DNA from: Bradyrhizobium sp.
GTDB lineage: Bacteria; Pseudomonadota; Alphaproteobacteria; Rhizobiales; Xanthobacteraceae
NCBI RefSeq assembly: GCF_049581145.1
Contig: NZ_JBAURI010000555.1
Location: 1 to 50,481 of the forward strand
Reading direction: 5' to 3'
Length of the DNA: 50,481 nucleotides
In this document: positions 10,005-19,367 of the stretch, one piece after another
How the letters are laid out: each line of letters opens with the position of its first letter
How positions within the stretch are numbered: the first letter of the stretch is position 1
Made by a program: the position numbers and the translations under genes
The notes under the pieces: generated by a model
Databases searched by the model: none
What the model saw: the letters and a program-made list of their open reading frames with translations, nothing else
What the model was told of the DNA's origin: nothing

Positions 10005-11012
10005 ATGCAGCTCGGCATGATCGGCCTGGGCCGGATGGGCGGCAATATCGTCCGCCGGCTGATGAAGCATGGACATACCACGGTCGTCTATGACAAGGAC
10101 GACAAGGCCGTCGCAGCACTCGCCGCCGACGGCGCTGCCGGTGCCAAGGCGCTGGAGGACTTCGTCGCAAGGCTCGAGAAACCGCGGACCGCCTGGGTGA
10201 TGCTGCCGGCCGGCAAAATCACCGAGGCGACGATCGAGGCGCTGGCCAGATTGATGGAATCCGGCGACGCCATCATTGATGGCGGCAACACCTTCTGGCA
10301 GGACGATGTGCGCCGCGGCAAGGCGCTGAAGGAGCGCGGCATCCATTACGTCGATGTCGGCACCTCGGGCGGCGTCTGGGGCATCGAGCGCGGCTACTGC
10401 ATGATGATCGGCGGCGACAAGGCGGTGGTCGATCGGCTTGACCCGATCTTCAAGAGCCTCGCGCCCGGCCTCGGCGATATTCCGCGCACGGAGGGACGCG
10501 AGGGCCGCGATCCTCGCATCGAGCAGGGCTATATCCACGCCGGCCCCGTTGGCGCCGGGCATTTCGTCAAGATGGTCCACAACGGCATCGAATACGGCCT
10601 GATGCAGGCCTACGCCGAAGGGTTCGACATCCTGAAAAACTCCAACATCGACGCGCTGCCGGCTGACCACCGTTTCGATCTCGATATCACCGACATTGCC
10701 GAAGTGTGGCGGCGCGGCAGCGTGATCCCGTCATGGCTGCTCGACCTCACTGCCTCCGCACTGGCCAGGAACCCGACGCTCGGCACCTATTCCGGCTTTG
10801 TCGAGGATTCCGGCGAAGGGCGGTGGACCGTGAACGCGGCGATCGATGAGGCGGTGCCGGCTGAGGTTCTGACCGCGGCGCTGTTCGCCCGCTTCCGTTC
10901 GCGCAAGGAGCACACCTTCGCCGAGAAAATTCTCTCGGCGATGCGAGCCGGCTTCGGCGGCCACAAGGAGCCTTCGCAAGGCGCGGCCGGCGCCGCCAAA
11001 CCGAAGGCCTGA
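10005..11012 (+). CDS. gnd: 6-phosphogluconate dehydrogenase (decarboxylating, short form)
   Basis: [47 protein letters not shown]. Confidence 0.95.
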   Translation: MQLGMIGLGRMGGNIVRRLMKHGHTTVVYDKDDKAVAALAADGAAGAKALEDFVARLEKPRTAWVMLPAGKITEATIEALARLMESGDAIIDGGNTFWQDDVRRGKALKERGIHYVDVGTSGGVWGIERGYCMMIGGDKAVVDRLDPIFKSLAPGLGDIPRTEGREGRDPRIEQGYIHAGPVGAGHFVKMVHNGIEYGLMQAYAEGFDILKNSNIDALPADHRFDLDITDIAEVWRRGSVIPSWLLDLTASALARNPTLGTYSGFVEDSGEGRWTVNAAIDEAVPAEVLTAALFARFRSRKEHTFAEKILSAMRAGFGGHKEPSQGAAGAAKPKA

Positions 11013-11017
11013 GAACC

Positions 11018-12538
11018 ATGGCAAACGGCGCTCCTGCACAAAAGAAACCAGATTCCTGCGTCTTCGTCATCTTCGGCGTCACCGGCGATCTGACCCACAG
11101 GCTCGTGATGCCGTCGCTGTATAATCTCGCGGCGGCGAACCTGTTGCCGGACAAATTCTGCGTGGTCGGCGTTGCCCGCACGGGAATGTCAAATGACGCG
11201 TTGCGCGACAGCCTGATGGAGGGCGTGCGGCAATATGCCACCCGTCCGGTCGAAGATGCGATCGCCAACCGCCTGCTGGAATGTGTCACCGCGGTCGAGG
11301 CCGACCCAAATGACCCGGCCTCGATCGACAAGCTCAAAACGCAACTGGAGCGTCTGGAAGCCGCGCGGGAGACCGGCGGCAACCGCCTGTTCTATCTCGC
11401 CACCCCGCCCAACGCTTTCGCGCCGATCGCGCGCCAGCTTGGTCGCGTCGGCCTGCTGCAGCAGGGCGACAACGAGAACGGCCCGTGGCGCCGGCTGGTC
11501 GTCGAAAAACCGTTCGGGACGGATCTGGCCTCCGCCAAGGCTTTGAACGATGAACTGCTGAAGATCCTCAGCGAGCATCAGATCTATCGGATCGACCATT
11601 ACCTCGGCAAGGAAACGGTCCAGAACATCCTGGTGCTCCGCTTTGCCAACGGGATGTTCGAGCCGATCTGGAATCGGCATCATATCGACCACGTGCAGAT
11701 TGCCGTCGACGAGAAGCTCGGCGTCGGACACCGCGGCAGCTTCTATGAGGGGACCGGAGCGCTGCGCGACATGGTGCCGAACCATTTGTTCCAGTTGCTG
11801 TCGCTGGTGACGATGGAACCGCCGGCGCGGTTCGACGCGCATACCGTGCGCTCGGAAAAGGCCGAGGTGCTGGCGGCGATCCAGATCCAAAGCGAAGAGG
11901 AAGCGCTGAAGAATTCGGTGCGCGCCCAGTACACCGCCGGCAAGATCGGCGATACCGTGATCCCGGACTATCGCAAGACCGAAGACGTCAGCCCCGAGAG
12001 CACGACGGAAACCTACGCCGCGCTGAAACTGACCATCGACAATTGGCGCTGGGCCGGCGTCCCCTTCTATTTGCGCACCGGCAAGGCGCTCGGCCTCAAG
12101 CGCACGGAAGTAGCGATCAAGTTTCGCGAGGCGCCGTTCACGATGTTCGCCTGCACGCCGGTCCAGGAGCTGGCGGAGAATTATCTCGTCATCGGCATCG
12201 AGCCGACCGAAGGCATCACGCTGCAATTCAATACCAAGGTGCCGGGGCCGACCATCACCATCAACGGCGTCGAAATGAAGTTCCGCTACAAGGACTATTT
12301 CAGGGCCGAACCCGCGACCGGCTATGAGACGCTGATCTATGACTGCATGATCGGCGACAACATCCTGTTCCAGCGCGCCGACAGCGTCGAGGCGGGGTGG
12401 AAAGCGGTGCAACCTTTCCTCGATGCCTGGAAGAAGGCGGGCGCCAGGGGGCTCGAGAGCTACCGGGCCGGCGGCGAGGGACCGGCTGGCGCGATCGAAC
12501 TCTTGAAGCGCGACGGCCGAAGCTGGCGAAAGATCTGA
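11018..12538 (+). CDS. zwf: Glucose-6-phosphate 1-dehydrogenase
   Basis: FGVTGDL, EKPFG, RIDHYLGKETVQN, GALRDM..NHL, WAGVPFYLRTGK. Confidence 0.96.
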   Translation: MANGAPAQKKPDSCVFVIFGVTGDLTHRLVMPSLYNLAAANLLPDKFCVVGVARTGMSNDALRDSLMEGVRQYATRPVEDAIANRLLECVTAVEADPNDPASIDKLKTQLERLEAARETGGNRLFYLATPPNAFAPIARQLGRVGLLQQGDNENGPWRRLVVEKPFGTDLASAKALNDELLKILSEHQIYRIDHYLGKETVQNILVLRFANGMFEPIWNRHHIDHVQIAVDEKLGVGHRGSFYEGTGALRDMVPNHLFQLLSLVTMEPPARFDAHTVRSEKAEVLAAIQIQSEEEALKNSVRAQYTAGKIGDTVIPDYRKTEDVSPESTTETYAALKLTIDNWRWAGVPFYLRTGKALGLKRTEVAIKFREAPFTMFACTPVQELAENYLVIGIEPTEGITLQFNTKVPGPTITINGVEMKFRYKDYFRAEPATGYETLIYDCMIGDNILFQRADSVEAGWKAVQPFLDAWKKAGARGLESYRAGGEGPAGAIELLKRDGRSWRKI

Positions 12539-12542
12539 CCCG

Positions 12543-13289
12543 ATGGCTTCCCGCGACCATCGCAAGATCCTGACGGTCGCCGATCCGGCAGCGCTGGCGA
12601 ACGCGGCTGCCGAGCGCGTGCTGGCACGGATCGATGCCAATAGCGGGCGCATCGCGATCTGCCTCACCGGCGGGTCGAGCCCGAAACAGCTCTACCAGTT
12701 GCTCGGCAGCGAGGGCTATCACGACCGGATTCCCTGGCACCGCGTGCACTGGTTCATCGGCGACGAGCGTTTTGTCGCGACCAGCAACCCGCTCAACAAC
12801 ATGGCGATGGCGCGCAGCACTTTTCTGGACGCACATGCGCCGCCGTCCAACATCCATCCCATCGCGACGGACACCGCGGGCCCGGACGAAAGCGCCAGGC
12901 AATACGAGCAGGAGCTGAAGTCGTTCTACGGCGCGGGGCGGCTGGATGACGCCCGTCCGCTGTTCGACCTGGTCTTGCTGGGTGTCGGACCCGACGGTCA
13001 TGCCGCCTCGCTGTTTCCCGGGTATCCCGCGGCCGATGAGACCGAGCGCTGGGTGGTCGGCGTGCCCCAGGCGAATGTCGAGCCGTTCGTGCCCCGGGTG
13101 TCGTTGACGCTGCCCGTGCTCGCCTCCTGCCGCGAGATGCTGTTCGAGGCGGCGGGCGCCGGCAAACGCGCGATCCTGTCCCGCGTGCTGGGCGGCGAGA
13201 ACCTGCCCGCTGGTCGGGCGCAGTCCATGGGCGAAACGGTCTGGCTCATCGACAGCGCCGCGCGTCCGGAGAGTCTTGGTGGAAATTAG
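12543..13289 (+). CDS. pgl: 6-phosphogluconolactonase
   Basis: LTGGSSP, GDERFV, FDLVLLGVGPDGHAASLFP; follows zwf. Confidence 0.93.
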   Translation: MASRDHRKILTVADPAALANAAAERVLARIDANSGRIAICLTGGSSPKQLYQLLGSEGYHDRIPWHRVHWFIGDERFVATSNPLNNMAMARSTFLDAHAPPSNIHPIATDTAGPDESARQYEQELKSFYGAGRLDDARPLFDLVLLGVGPDGHAASLFPGYPAADETERWVVGVPQANVEPFVPRVSLTLPVLASCREMLFEAAGAGKRAILSRVLGGENLPAGRAQSMGETVWLIDSAARPESLGGN

Positions 13290-13836
13290 CGGCGACATCG
13301 CACCTTGCGCGCTGATCGTGATGGGTGTGTCCGGCTCCGGCAAGAGCACGATTGGCGACCGGCTCGCAGCACGGCTTTCCTGGACCTATGAGGACGCCGA
13401 CCAATTCCATCCCGCCGGCAACGTCGCCAAGATGAGCGCCGGCCGGCCTCTCACCGATGACGACCGCTGGCCCTGGCTGAAGGCAATCGCCGCGGAGATC
13501 GACCGGGTCTGCGATGCCGGCGGTCATCTGGTGGTCGGCTGCTCGGCGCTGCGGCGCGCCTATCGCGACATTCTGGTGCACGGACGGCATGACGTCCGCC
13601 TGGTCTATCTCGACGGCACGCAACCGCTGATCGCGGCGCGGCTGGCGGCGCGGAAAGGCCATTTCATGCCGGCCCAGTTGCTCGCCAGCCAGTTCAGCAC
13701 GCTGGAGCCGCCCGCGAGTGAGGAGCATCCGGTAACGGTATCGATCGACGCATCCGTGGATGCCGTCATCGACGACATCCTGCGCCAATTGAAGTTGAAC
13801 CCGGCGAGCCCCCTCCCGCACAGGAATCGCACATGA
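13279..13836 (+). CDS. gntK: Gluconokinase (GntK/IdnK type)
   Basis: MGVSGSGKST, DADQFHP.GNVAKM..G.PLTDDDRWPWL, CSALRRAYRD, HFMP..LL.SQF.TLE. Start uncertain (GTG 13279). Confidence 0.9.
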   Translation: MEISGDIAPCALIVMGVSGSGKSTIGDRLAARLSWTYEDADQFHPAGNVAKMSAGRPLTDDDRWPWLKAIAAEIDRVCDAGGHLVVGCSALRRAYRDILVHGRHDVRLVYLDGTQPLIAARLAARKGHFMPAQLLASQFSTLEPPASEEHPVTVSIDASVDAVIDDILRQLKLNPASPLPHRNRT

Positions 13837-14645
13837 CCCGCATTGCGCTGGTAGTTTCCGATATCGACGGCACGCTGTTGACCAAGGACAAGACCTTGAC
13901 CGAGGGCGCCAAGGCTGCGGCACAGCGCCTGCGTCAGGCAGGCGTCGGTCTCACCATCACCTCGAGCCGCCCGAGCATCGGCATGCGTTTTCTGATTGAG
14001 CCGCTCGCGATCACGCTGCCGGTTGGCGCATTCAACGGCAGTTCGATCGTCGATGCGCGGATGAACCCGATCGAGCAGCACCTGATTCCGGCATCCGCGG
14101 CCGAGCGCAGCCTCGCCATGCTCACCGAGGTCGGGGTCGATATCTGGCTGTTCACCAATGACAGTTGGCTGACACGCAACGGCAACGGCGAATATGTCCC
14201 GCACGAAAAGCGCGCCATTCGGGCCGATCCCACCATCATCGATGATTTCTCGCCCTATCTGTCCCGCGCCTGCAAGATCGTCGGCTCCAGTCCGGATCCG
14301 GATCTCCTGGTGCGCTGCGAGGCAAAGATGCAGCAGGCGCTCGGCGCCGAGGCGACCGCGGTGCGCTCGCAGACCTATTACCTCGACATCACCCCGCCGG
14401 GTTGCGACAAGGGTACTTTCGTGCAGGCGATGGCGCGGCGGCTCGGGATTTCCACCGACGCAATCGCCACCATCGGCGACATGCAAAACGATGTTTCGAT
14501 GTTCAAGGCGAGCGGCCTGTCGATTGCGATGGGCAATGCGACCGACGACGTCAAGCAGCACGCCAAGCGCGCCACCGCCTCGAACGAGGACGAGGGCTTT
14601 GCCAAGGCGATCGACATGATCCTGCAGGAGAATGCGGCAGACTAG
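13833..14645 (+). CDS. Cof-type HAD-IIB hydrolase
   Basis: SDIDGTL motif I, SSR, DKG, IGDMQND, AMGNA. Confidence 0.9.
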   Translation: MTRIALVVSDIDGTLLTKDKTLTEGAKAAAQRLRQAGVGLTITSSRPSIGMRFLIEPLAITLPVGAFNGSSIVDARMNPIEQHLIPASAAERSLAMLTEVGVDIWLFTNDSWLTRNGNGEYVPHEKRAIRADPTIIDDFSPYLSRACKIVGSSPDPDLLVRCEAKMQQALGAEATAVRSQTYYLDITPPGCDKGTFVQAMARRLGISTDAIATIGDMQNDVSMFKASGLSIAMGNATDDVKQHAKRATASNEDEGFAKAIDMILQENAAD

Positions 14646-14780
14646 CCCCAGGCTAGCCAGCTAGCCCGCATATCTCAAAATCTCACGGAGTTAAGCACAG
14701 CGGGGCTCGGAATCAGCGCAAATTGTCTGACGAGAGCGGCTTCTTGATGGTTCGCGGAGAGGCCCGTGAAGCAAAGACCG

Positions 14781-15827
14781 CTATCCCTGCATCTGCGCAA
14801 CCCAGTTCTCCTTGAACGGCGCACAGATGGCGTCATTCGCCACCACATCCGTCAGGATGTGGCGCATATGGGTTGCAAATCGCTCCGTGTCCAACCGCAG
14901 CACCCGTTCCGGCCGGGGGCCGGATTTGACGTACGGCTCCAATTCGGGCTCGATGGGATATCCGGCTGGCCGGTTGTCCAGGAACAGCCTGATGAGGGAG
15001 GCATGCGCCGTGCCGAAATCCTTCTCGATCGTCTCGGGCATGGAGCGAATGACGGTGCCGCTGACCATGAGCCTGTCCAGCAGCGCCGGGCTTATCTTCC
15101 ACTGAGCGCGCAGCAGAATCGTGCTTGCCGTGCACGGGGCATGATCACGGCGCGGCCGCGTGCTCGTCATCAGCCCGATCTTGCAATCGTGCGTGTCGCC
15201 ACCCCCATGGTCATGGTCGATGAAGATGATTCGGGCGCGATCATATTCGTGTTGGGCTGTCTTCGGTTCGACGTTCATGCCGATCAGAACGGCCGTGCGA
15301 CCCACGAGCAGCACCGGACCTTCATGGTAATGAACCGGGCCAACCTCGCCGCCGGACGGATTGACGAAGGACATTCTGAACTGAAGCACGGAGTCATTAT
15401 TCCAGATGTAGACCACCTCGCGGGCCACGTCCCCCGTATCAATGAAATCGAGGCTGTACCGATAGGCGATGTGGACTCCACACAGCCAATTCTGCAGCGC
15501 CGCAGCCATCGGGCGATACTCGGTCGGCATCGTAAGCGGGATCACGCTGGATTGGGCGCGCTGCGCCTCGAATTCCGCGACCGAAGGACTTGAAAGCCAG
15601 ACGGCCTGAATTTGGGGCACGGCGACGCGGTTGAAGAAGTCAGCCAACCTCCTCCGCGTATTTTCGTTGATGCGCTCCGTGCTTCCATTGAGAATGCCGA
15701 GCAAAGTGCCCTGCGCCAGCCCGGTCTCCTGCGCGATATGGGCAGCGATCTGGTTGCTGCCTGCCGGCAGACGCAACGCAACGCCATATTCGCTGATCAG
15801 TAGGCGCAATATCGCCTGCGTGGCCAT
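14781..15827 (-). CDS. Hypothetical protein with N-terminal XRE/Cro-like HTH and beta-rich C-terminal domain
   Basis: 348 aa from ATG 15827 (GGGAAG upstream). IAAHIAQETGLAQGTLLGILNGSTERINENTRRRLADFF fits an HTH pattern. Confidence 0.6.
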   Translation of the reverse strand: MATQAILRLLISEYGVALRLPAGSNQIAAHIAQETGLAQGTLLGILNGSTERINENTRRRLADFFNRVAVPQIQAVWLSSPSVAEFEAQRAQSSVIPLTMPTEYRPMAAALQNWLCGVHIAYRYSLDFIDTGDVAREVVYIWNNDSVLQFRMSFVNPSGGEVGPVHYHEGPVLLVGRTAVLIGMNVEPKTAQHEYDRARIIFIDHDHGGGDTHDCKIGLMTSTRPRRDHAPCTASTILLRAQWKISPALLDRLMVSGTVIRSMPETIEKDFGTAHASLIRLFLDNRPAGYPIEPELEPYVKSGPRPERVLRLDTERFATHMRHILTDVVANDAICAPFKENWVAQMQG

Positions 15828-16206
15828 GCAATGCTTCCCTGAATTCAATAATTGCAAATTCTGGCACAAAAGCGCTGCAAGAACCATACAACATCGGATT
15901 CGTCCTGACAGAAAGTAAGTTGATCGATGCCGGCTATTTGAGAACGACTGGCTCCCCAATCAGGAATTGAAAATAGCGCTTCAGGCCTTTCTTGAGTCCG
16001 CTCACGAGCCGGATCGGGTGCCTGATCCGAGCTTGGCGATGCTACCCGGCGATAATAGGAAGATGCCCCGCACCACGGTCAGCGAGGAGCGCTCGAGCGG
16101 TTGCGGGCCCGGGGTCGTCAACGGTCCATGTTGCTCACCACTCATTCCACTCGCCATCTGACGTGCCTTGCCAGGCATGTCCGATGGTCGCTGTGTTCCA
16201 CTCGCC

Positions 16207-17205
16207 TCAAGCAACGGCGTTGGAGGTCTGTCGATCCTGCCCGGAAGTACCGTCCCCTGGGAGAGAAAATATCGGGCCGGATTCGCCCTTCACTTGCAGG
16301 GGGCGCAGGGAATGGCGGGCATAGGTCTTGTAGAACAGGCAGGAGCCGTCGCTGGCGACTCCGAGCCTGTGCACGCCGCGAAGATTGTTGAAGGCCAGGA
16401 AACTGCCGGCGCCGATCGATACCCGCACGTGCTGTCGATCGATTTCGGACGAAAGTTCGGCCAAGGCAACTGCGCAGACCGTGTCGGCCGACGTGGCGGA
16501 ACGAACGGCGCTGCCGGGCCAGGCGATCTCGGTGTGACCGAGCGACGAGCGCGACAGGACCTTGCGAGGCGTCGACCAGGCACCGGTGTCGGGCAAACGG
16601 AAGCAGGCAGACTGGCTATGCAGCCAAGCCCTGGCGCGTGAACTCAGGGTCTGCTCCACGGGCTCAATAGCCGCATAGCCGACATAGCTGTCGGACGTAT
16701 TTTCGACGCCGAGCAGGCCTAGCCATTCGGCGCGCCGGTCAGAGGGGATCCACGCGCCTTCTGTGCGCCAGTCGATTTCAGCCCGGTGGTCCTCGGCTTC
16801 GCTGCGGTCAGAGGCAACCTCCATGACCAGCCGACCGCCATGCGGCGAACCGTAGCTGAAGACCCTCCCGATCGAACTGCCAAGTGTCAGTGACAGCAGG
16901 CAGGTGATGGACCTCTCTGTCGGCAGGTTGGTCACATAGATGCAATCAACCAAGCCGTCGCGAGCCTTCTCAATCATACGATTGAGACCCGGAGCGGCTT
17001 GTGCGAGCGACTTGTCCGCGGCGATCTGTGCCAGCAGGCTCTGGCGCCCGACATCGGACGGAAACTGTCCGTCGGTAAACACCTGGAAATGACGCAGGGC
17101 ATCCGCCAAGAGCCGGCTTTCGATAGAGGAAAGCCGATAGGAACCCAACCACGGAAAACGCGTATGGTCGCTTCCGCTGTCGTCGCGAATGAGATTTCCG
17201 GTCAT
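16207..17205 (-). CDS. TauD/clavaminate-synthase-like Fe(II)/2OG dioxygenase-fold protein, degenerate active site
   Basis: 332 aa from ATG 17205 with RBS GAGGAG. IYVTNLP, IDWRTEGAW (cf. HxE), LGLLGVEN, FLAFNNLRGVHR (cf. DN.R..HGR). Confidence 0.6.
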   Translation of the reverse strand: MTGNLIRDDSGSDHTRFPWLGSYRLSSIESRLLADALRHFQVFTDGQFPSDVGRQSLLAQIAADKSLAQAAPGLNRMIEKARDGLVDCIYVTNLPTERSITCLLSLTLGSSIGRVFSYGSPHGGRLVMEVASDRSEAEDHRAEIDWRTEGAWIPSDRRAEWLGLLGVENTSDSYVGYAAIEPVEQTLSSRARAWLHSQSACFRLPDTGAWSTPRKVLSRSSLGHTEIAWPGSAVRSATSADTVCAVALAELSSEIDRQHVRVSIGAGSFLAFNNLRGVHRLGVASDGSCLFYKTYARHSLRPLQVKGESGPIFSLPGDGTSGQDRQTSNAVA

Positions 17206-17551
17206 ATCCGTCTCCTCGTTTCGTTGGCCAGGCTGCACTCCGCATGTCGGACATTGGTGAGCGCTAACCCCTTGCAAGCGGGCCCTTCAGGGAGACAAAC
17301 GTCCGCCTTGCCTTCCACATGTCCGGTGAAAAGCCTGCCGTCGCTTCGAACGTGGTCCTGTATCGTGGCAGGAAAGCCGGCCAAGTTTCAACAAAAGCTT
17401 CCTTTCATGTTGCGCATAGTTTCGTAGTGAAAGAAGCGCAACTTCTTGGCAAAGACCGATGCTGGAAAGTCAGAAATGCATTCTTCCTGAGACAACTGGG
17501 TGACCGATGTCATCTGGCGGTTTCAAGATAGCCAGCAGCGAGACGCGGTAG

Positions 17552-19357
17552 CTATGTCGATCGCTGCACGACCGGCTTTTCGCTCGCCTTGCGCACGTCA
17601 TCGAGATTGTGCGCGGTGTTGATCAGCGCGATATGTGTCAGCGCTTGAGGAAAATTCCCGGTCTGGCGTCCGGCGCCTGAATCGAACTCCTCCGCCAGCA
17701 GGCCGAGATCGTTGGCGATGGCGACCACGCGATCGAACAGCGCCTGCGCCTTGTCGATGTCGCCCGCCAGCACATAGGCGTCGGCAAGCCAGAGGCTGCA
17801 GGCCAGGAACGCGCCTTCGATCGGCTGCGTTTCGTCGGTGATCTCGCGCGGATCGTGCCGCAGCACGAAGCCGTCGCGCATCATGTGGCTTTCGACGGCC
17901 GCGATCGTCCCGAGAATGCGGGGGTCGGAGGGCGGCAGGAAACCGACCGACGGCAGCAGCAATACACTGGCATCGAGCATTCGCGAGCCGTAGGACTCGA
18001 CGAAGGCGTTCACGGCCGGATCGAAGCCCCTCGCGCAGACATCGTGATGAATGGCATCGCGCAGCGCCTGCCAGTGCTCTAGCGGCGCCTTGAAGCCGAA
18101 TTTTTCCGCGCTCTTGATGGCGCGGTCGAACGCGACCCAGGTCATCACCTTGGAAAAAACATAGTGCCTCGGTTCGTCGCGCCGTTCCCAGATGCCGTGA
18201 TCAGGCTGGTTCCAGACCTCGGCGAGATGCTCCATGACGGCGCATTCCAGGTCCCAGGTCCCCTCGTCGAGCTCGAGCTCAGTCATCATGCGCGCCTGGT
18301 GGAAGGCGTCGATCAGCTCGCCGTAGACGTCGAGCTGCAGCTGCGCGTGGGCGGCGTTGCCGACCCGCACCGGCTGCGCGCCCTGATAGCCTGGCAGCCA
18401 GCCGGCCTCCCATTCCAACAGTCGCCGCTGGCCCATGATGCCGTACATGATCTGCATGTTGGCGGGCGCACCGGCCACCGCCCGCAGCAACCAGCCATGC
18501 CAGGCCGAGGCTTCCTCGGTGTAGCCGGAATTCATCAGCGCCAGCAGCGTAAAGGTGGCGTCGCGCAGCCAGCAATAGCGATAGTCCCAGTTCCTGGCGC
18601 CGCCCAGCTTTTCCGGCAGCGACGTGGTCGGCGCAGCCACGATGCCGCCGGTCGGCGCATAGGTCAGCGCCTTCAGCGTGATCAGCGACCGCATCACCAG
18701 GCTGCGATGCGCGCCCTGATAGGTGCAATGGCCGCACCAGTCGGTCCAGTACTCCTCGGTCTCGCGCAGCGCGACCTCGGGATCGAGCGGCTCGGGCACC
18801 GGCAGATGCGACGGCCCATAGGTCAGCACAAACGGAATGGTCTCGCCCGCGCCGACCGCGAAATCCGCGACCGTGGTCATGTCCTCGCCGCAGGTTTCGA
18901 CCGGCGTGCGCAACACCGTCATGTCCTGCCCGCAGATCGCCAGCAGGGCCGTGCGGTCCTCGGTGCGCTTCACCCAGGGAATGTCGGCGCCGAACCCGAA
19001 GCGGATCACCAATTGCATGCGCAGCGTGACCCGGCCGCTGACGCCCCGCACCAATCGGACGATGTCGGACGCTTCGCCGCGCGGCGGCATGAAATCGATC
19101 AGCGCAACAGTGCCGCTGGCCGTCTCGAATCGTGTCTCCAGGATCAGCGTGTTGTTCCGATAGCAGCGCGACGACGCCGTGATCTCTTCGGTCGGCGCGA
19201 TCAGCCAGCGGCCGTTCTCGGGGCCGCCAAGGATCGCGGCAAAGCAGGCATCCGAATCGAAGGCCGGCCAGCACAGCCAATCGATCGAGCCGTCCCGGCC
19301 GACAAGCGCCGCGGTCTCGCAATCGCCGATCAGGCCGTAGTCTTCGATCAGGGACAT
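17552..19357 (-). CDS. Glycoside hydrolase family 15 (trehalase/glucoamylase-like)
   Basis: IEDYGLIGD, AAPTTSLPE..GG.RNWDYRYCWLRDA, QLDVYGE, GIWE, LLAEE, GNFPQALTH. ATG at 19357. Confidence 0.92.
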   Translation of the reverse strand: MSLIEDYGLIGDCETAALVGRDGSIDWLCWPAFDSDACFAAILGGPENGRWLIAPTEEITASSRCYRNNTLILETRFETASGTVALIDFMPPRGEASDIVRLVRGVSGRVTLRMQLVIRFGFGADIPWVKRTEDRTALLAICGQDMTVLRTPVETCGEDMTTVADFAVGAGETIPFVLTYGPSHLPVPEPLDPEVALRETEEYWTDWCGHCTYQGAHRSLVMRSLITLKALTYAPTGGIVAAPTTSLPEKLGGARNWDYRYCWLRDATFTLLALMNSGYTEEASAWHGWLLRAVAGAPANMQIMYGIMGQRRLLEWEAGWLPGYQGAQPVRVGNAAHAQLQLDVYGELIDAFHQARMMTELELDEGTWDLECAVMEHLAEVWNQPDHGIWERRDEPRHYVFSKVMTWVAFDRAIKSAEKFGFKAPLEHWQALRDAIHHDVCARGFDPAVNAFVESYGSRMLDASVLLLPSVGFLPPSDPRILGTIAAVESHMMRDGFVLRHDPREITDETQPIEGAFLACSLWLADAYVLAGDIDKAQALFDRVVAIANDLGLLAEEFDSGAGRQTGNFPQALTHIALINTAHNLDDVRKASEKPVVQRST

Positions 19358-19367
19358 GATGGACGTG

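Noticed and set aside
15861..15880. CTGGCACAAAAGCGCTGCA as a sigma-54 promoter
   Set aside because: Wrong -24/-12 spacing, and it points away from the adjacent gene.
16002..16214. Short ORFs in the island spacer as a RiPP precursor for the dioxygenase-like protein
   Set aside because: No convincing RBS, leader or core pattern, and the putative enzyme looks inactive.
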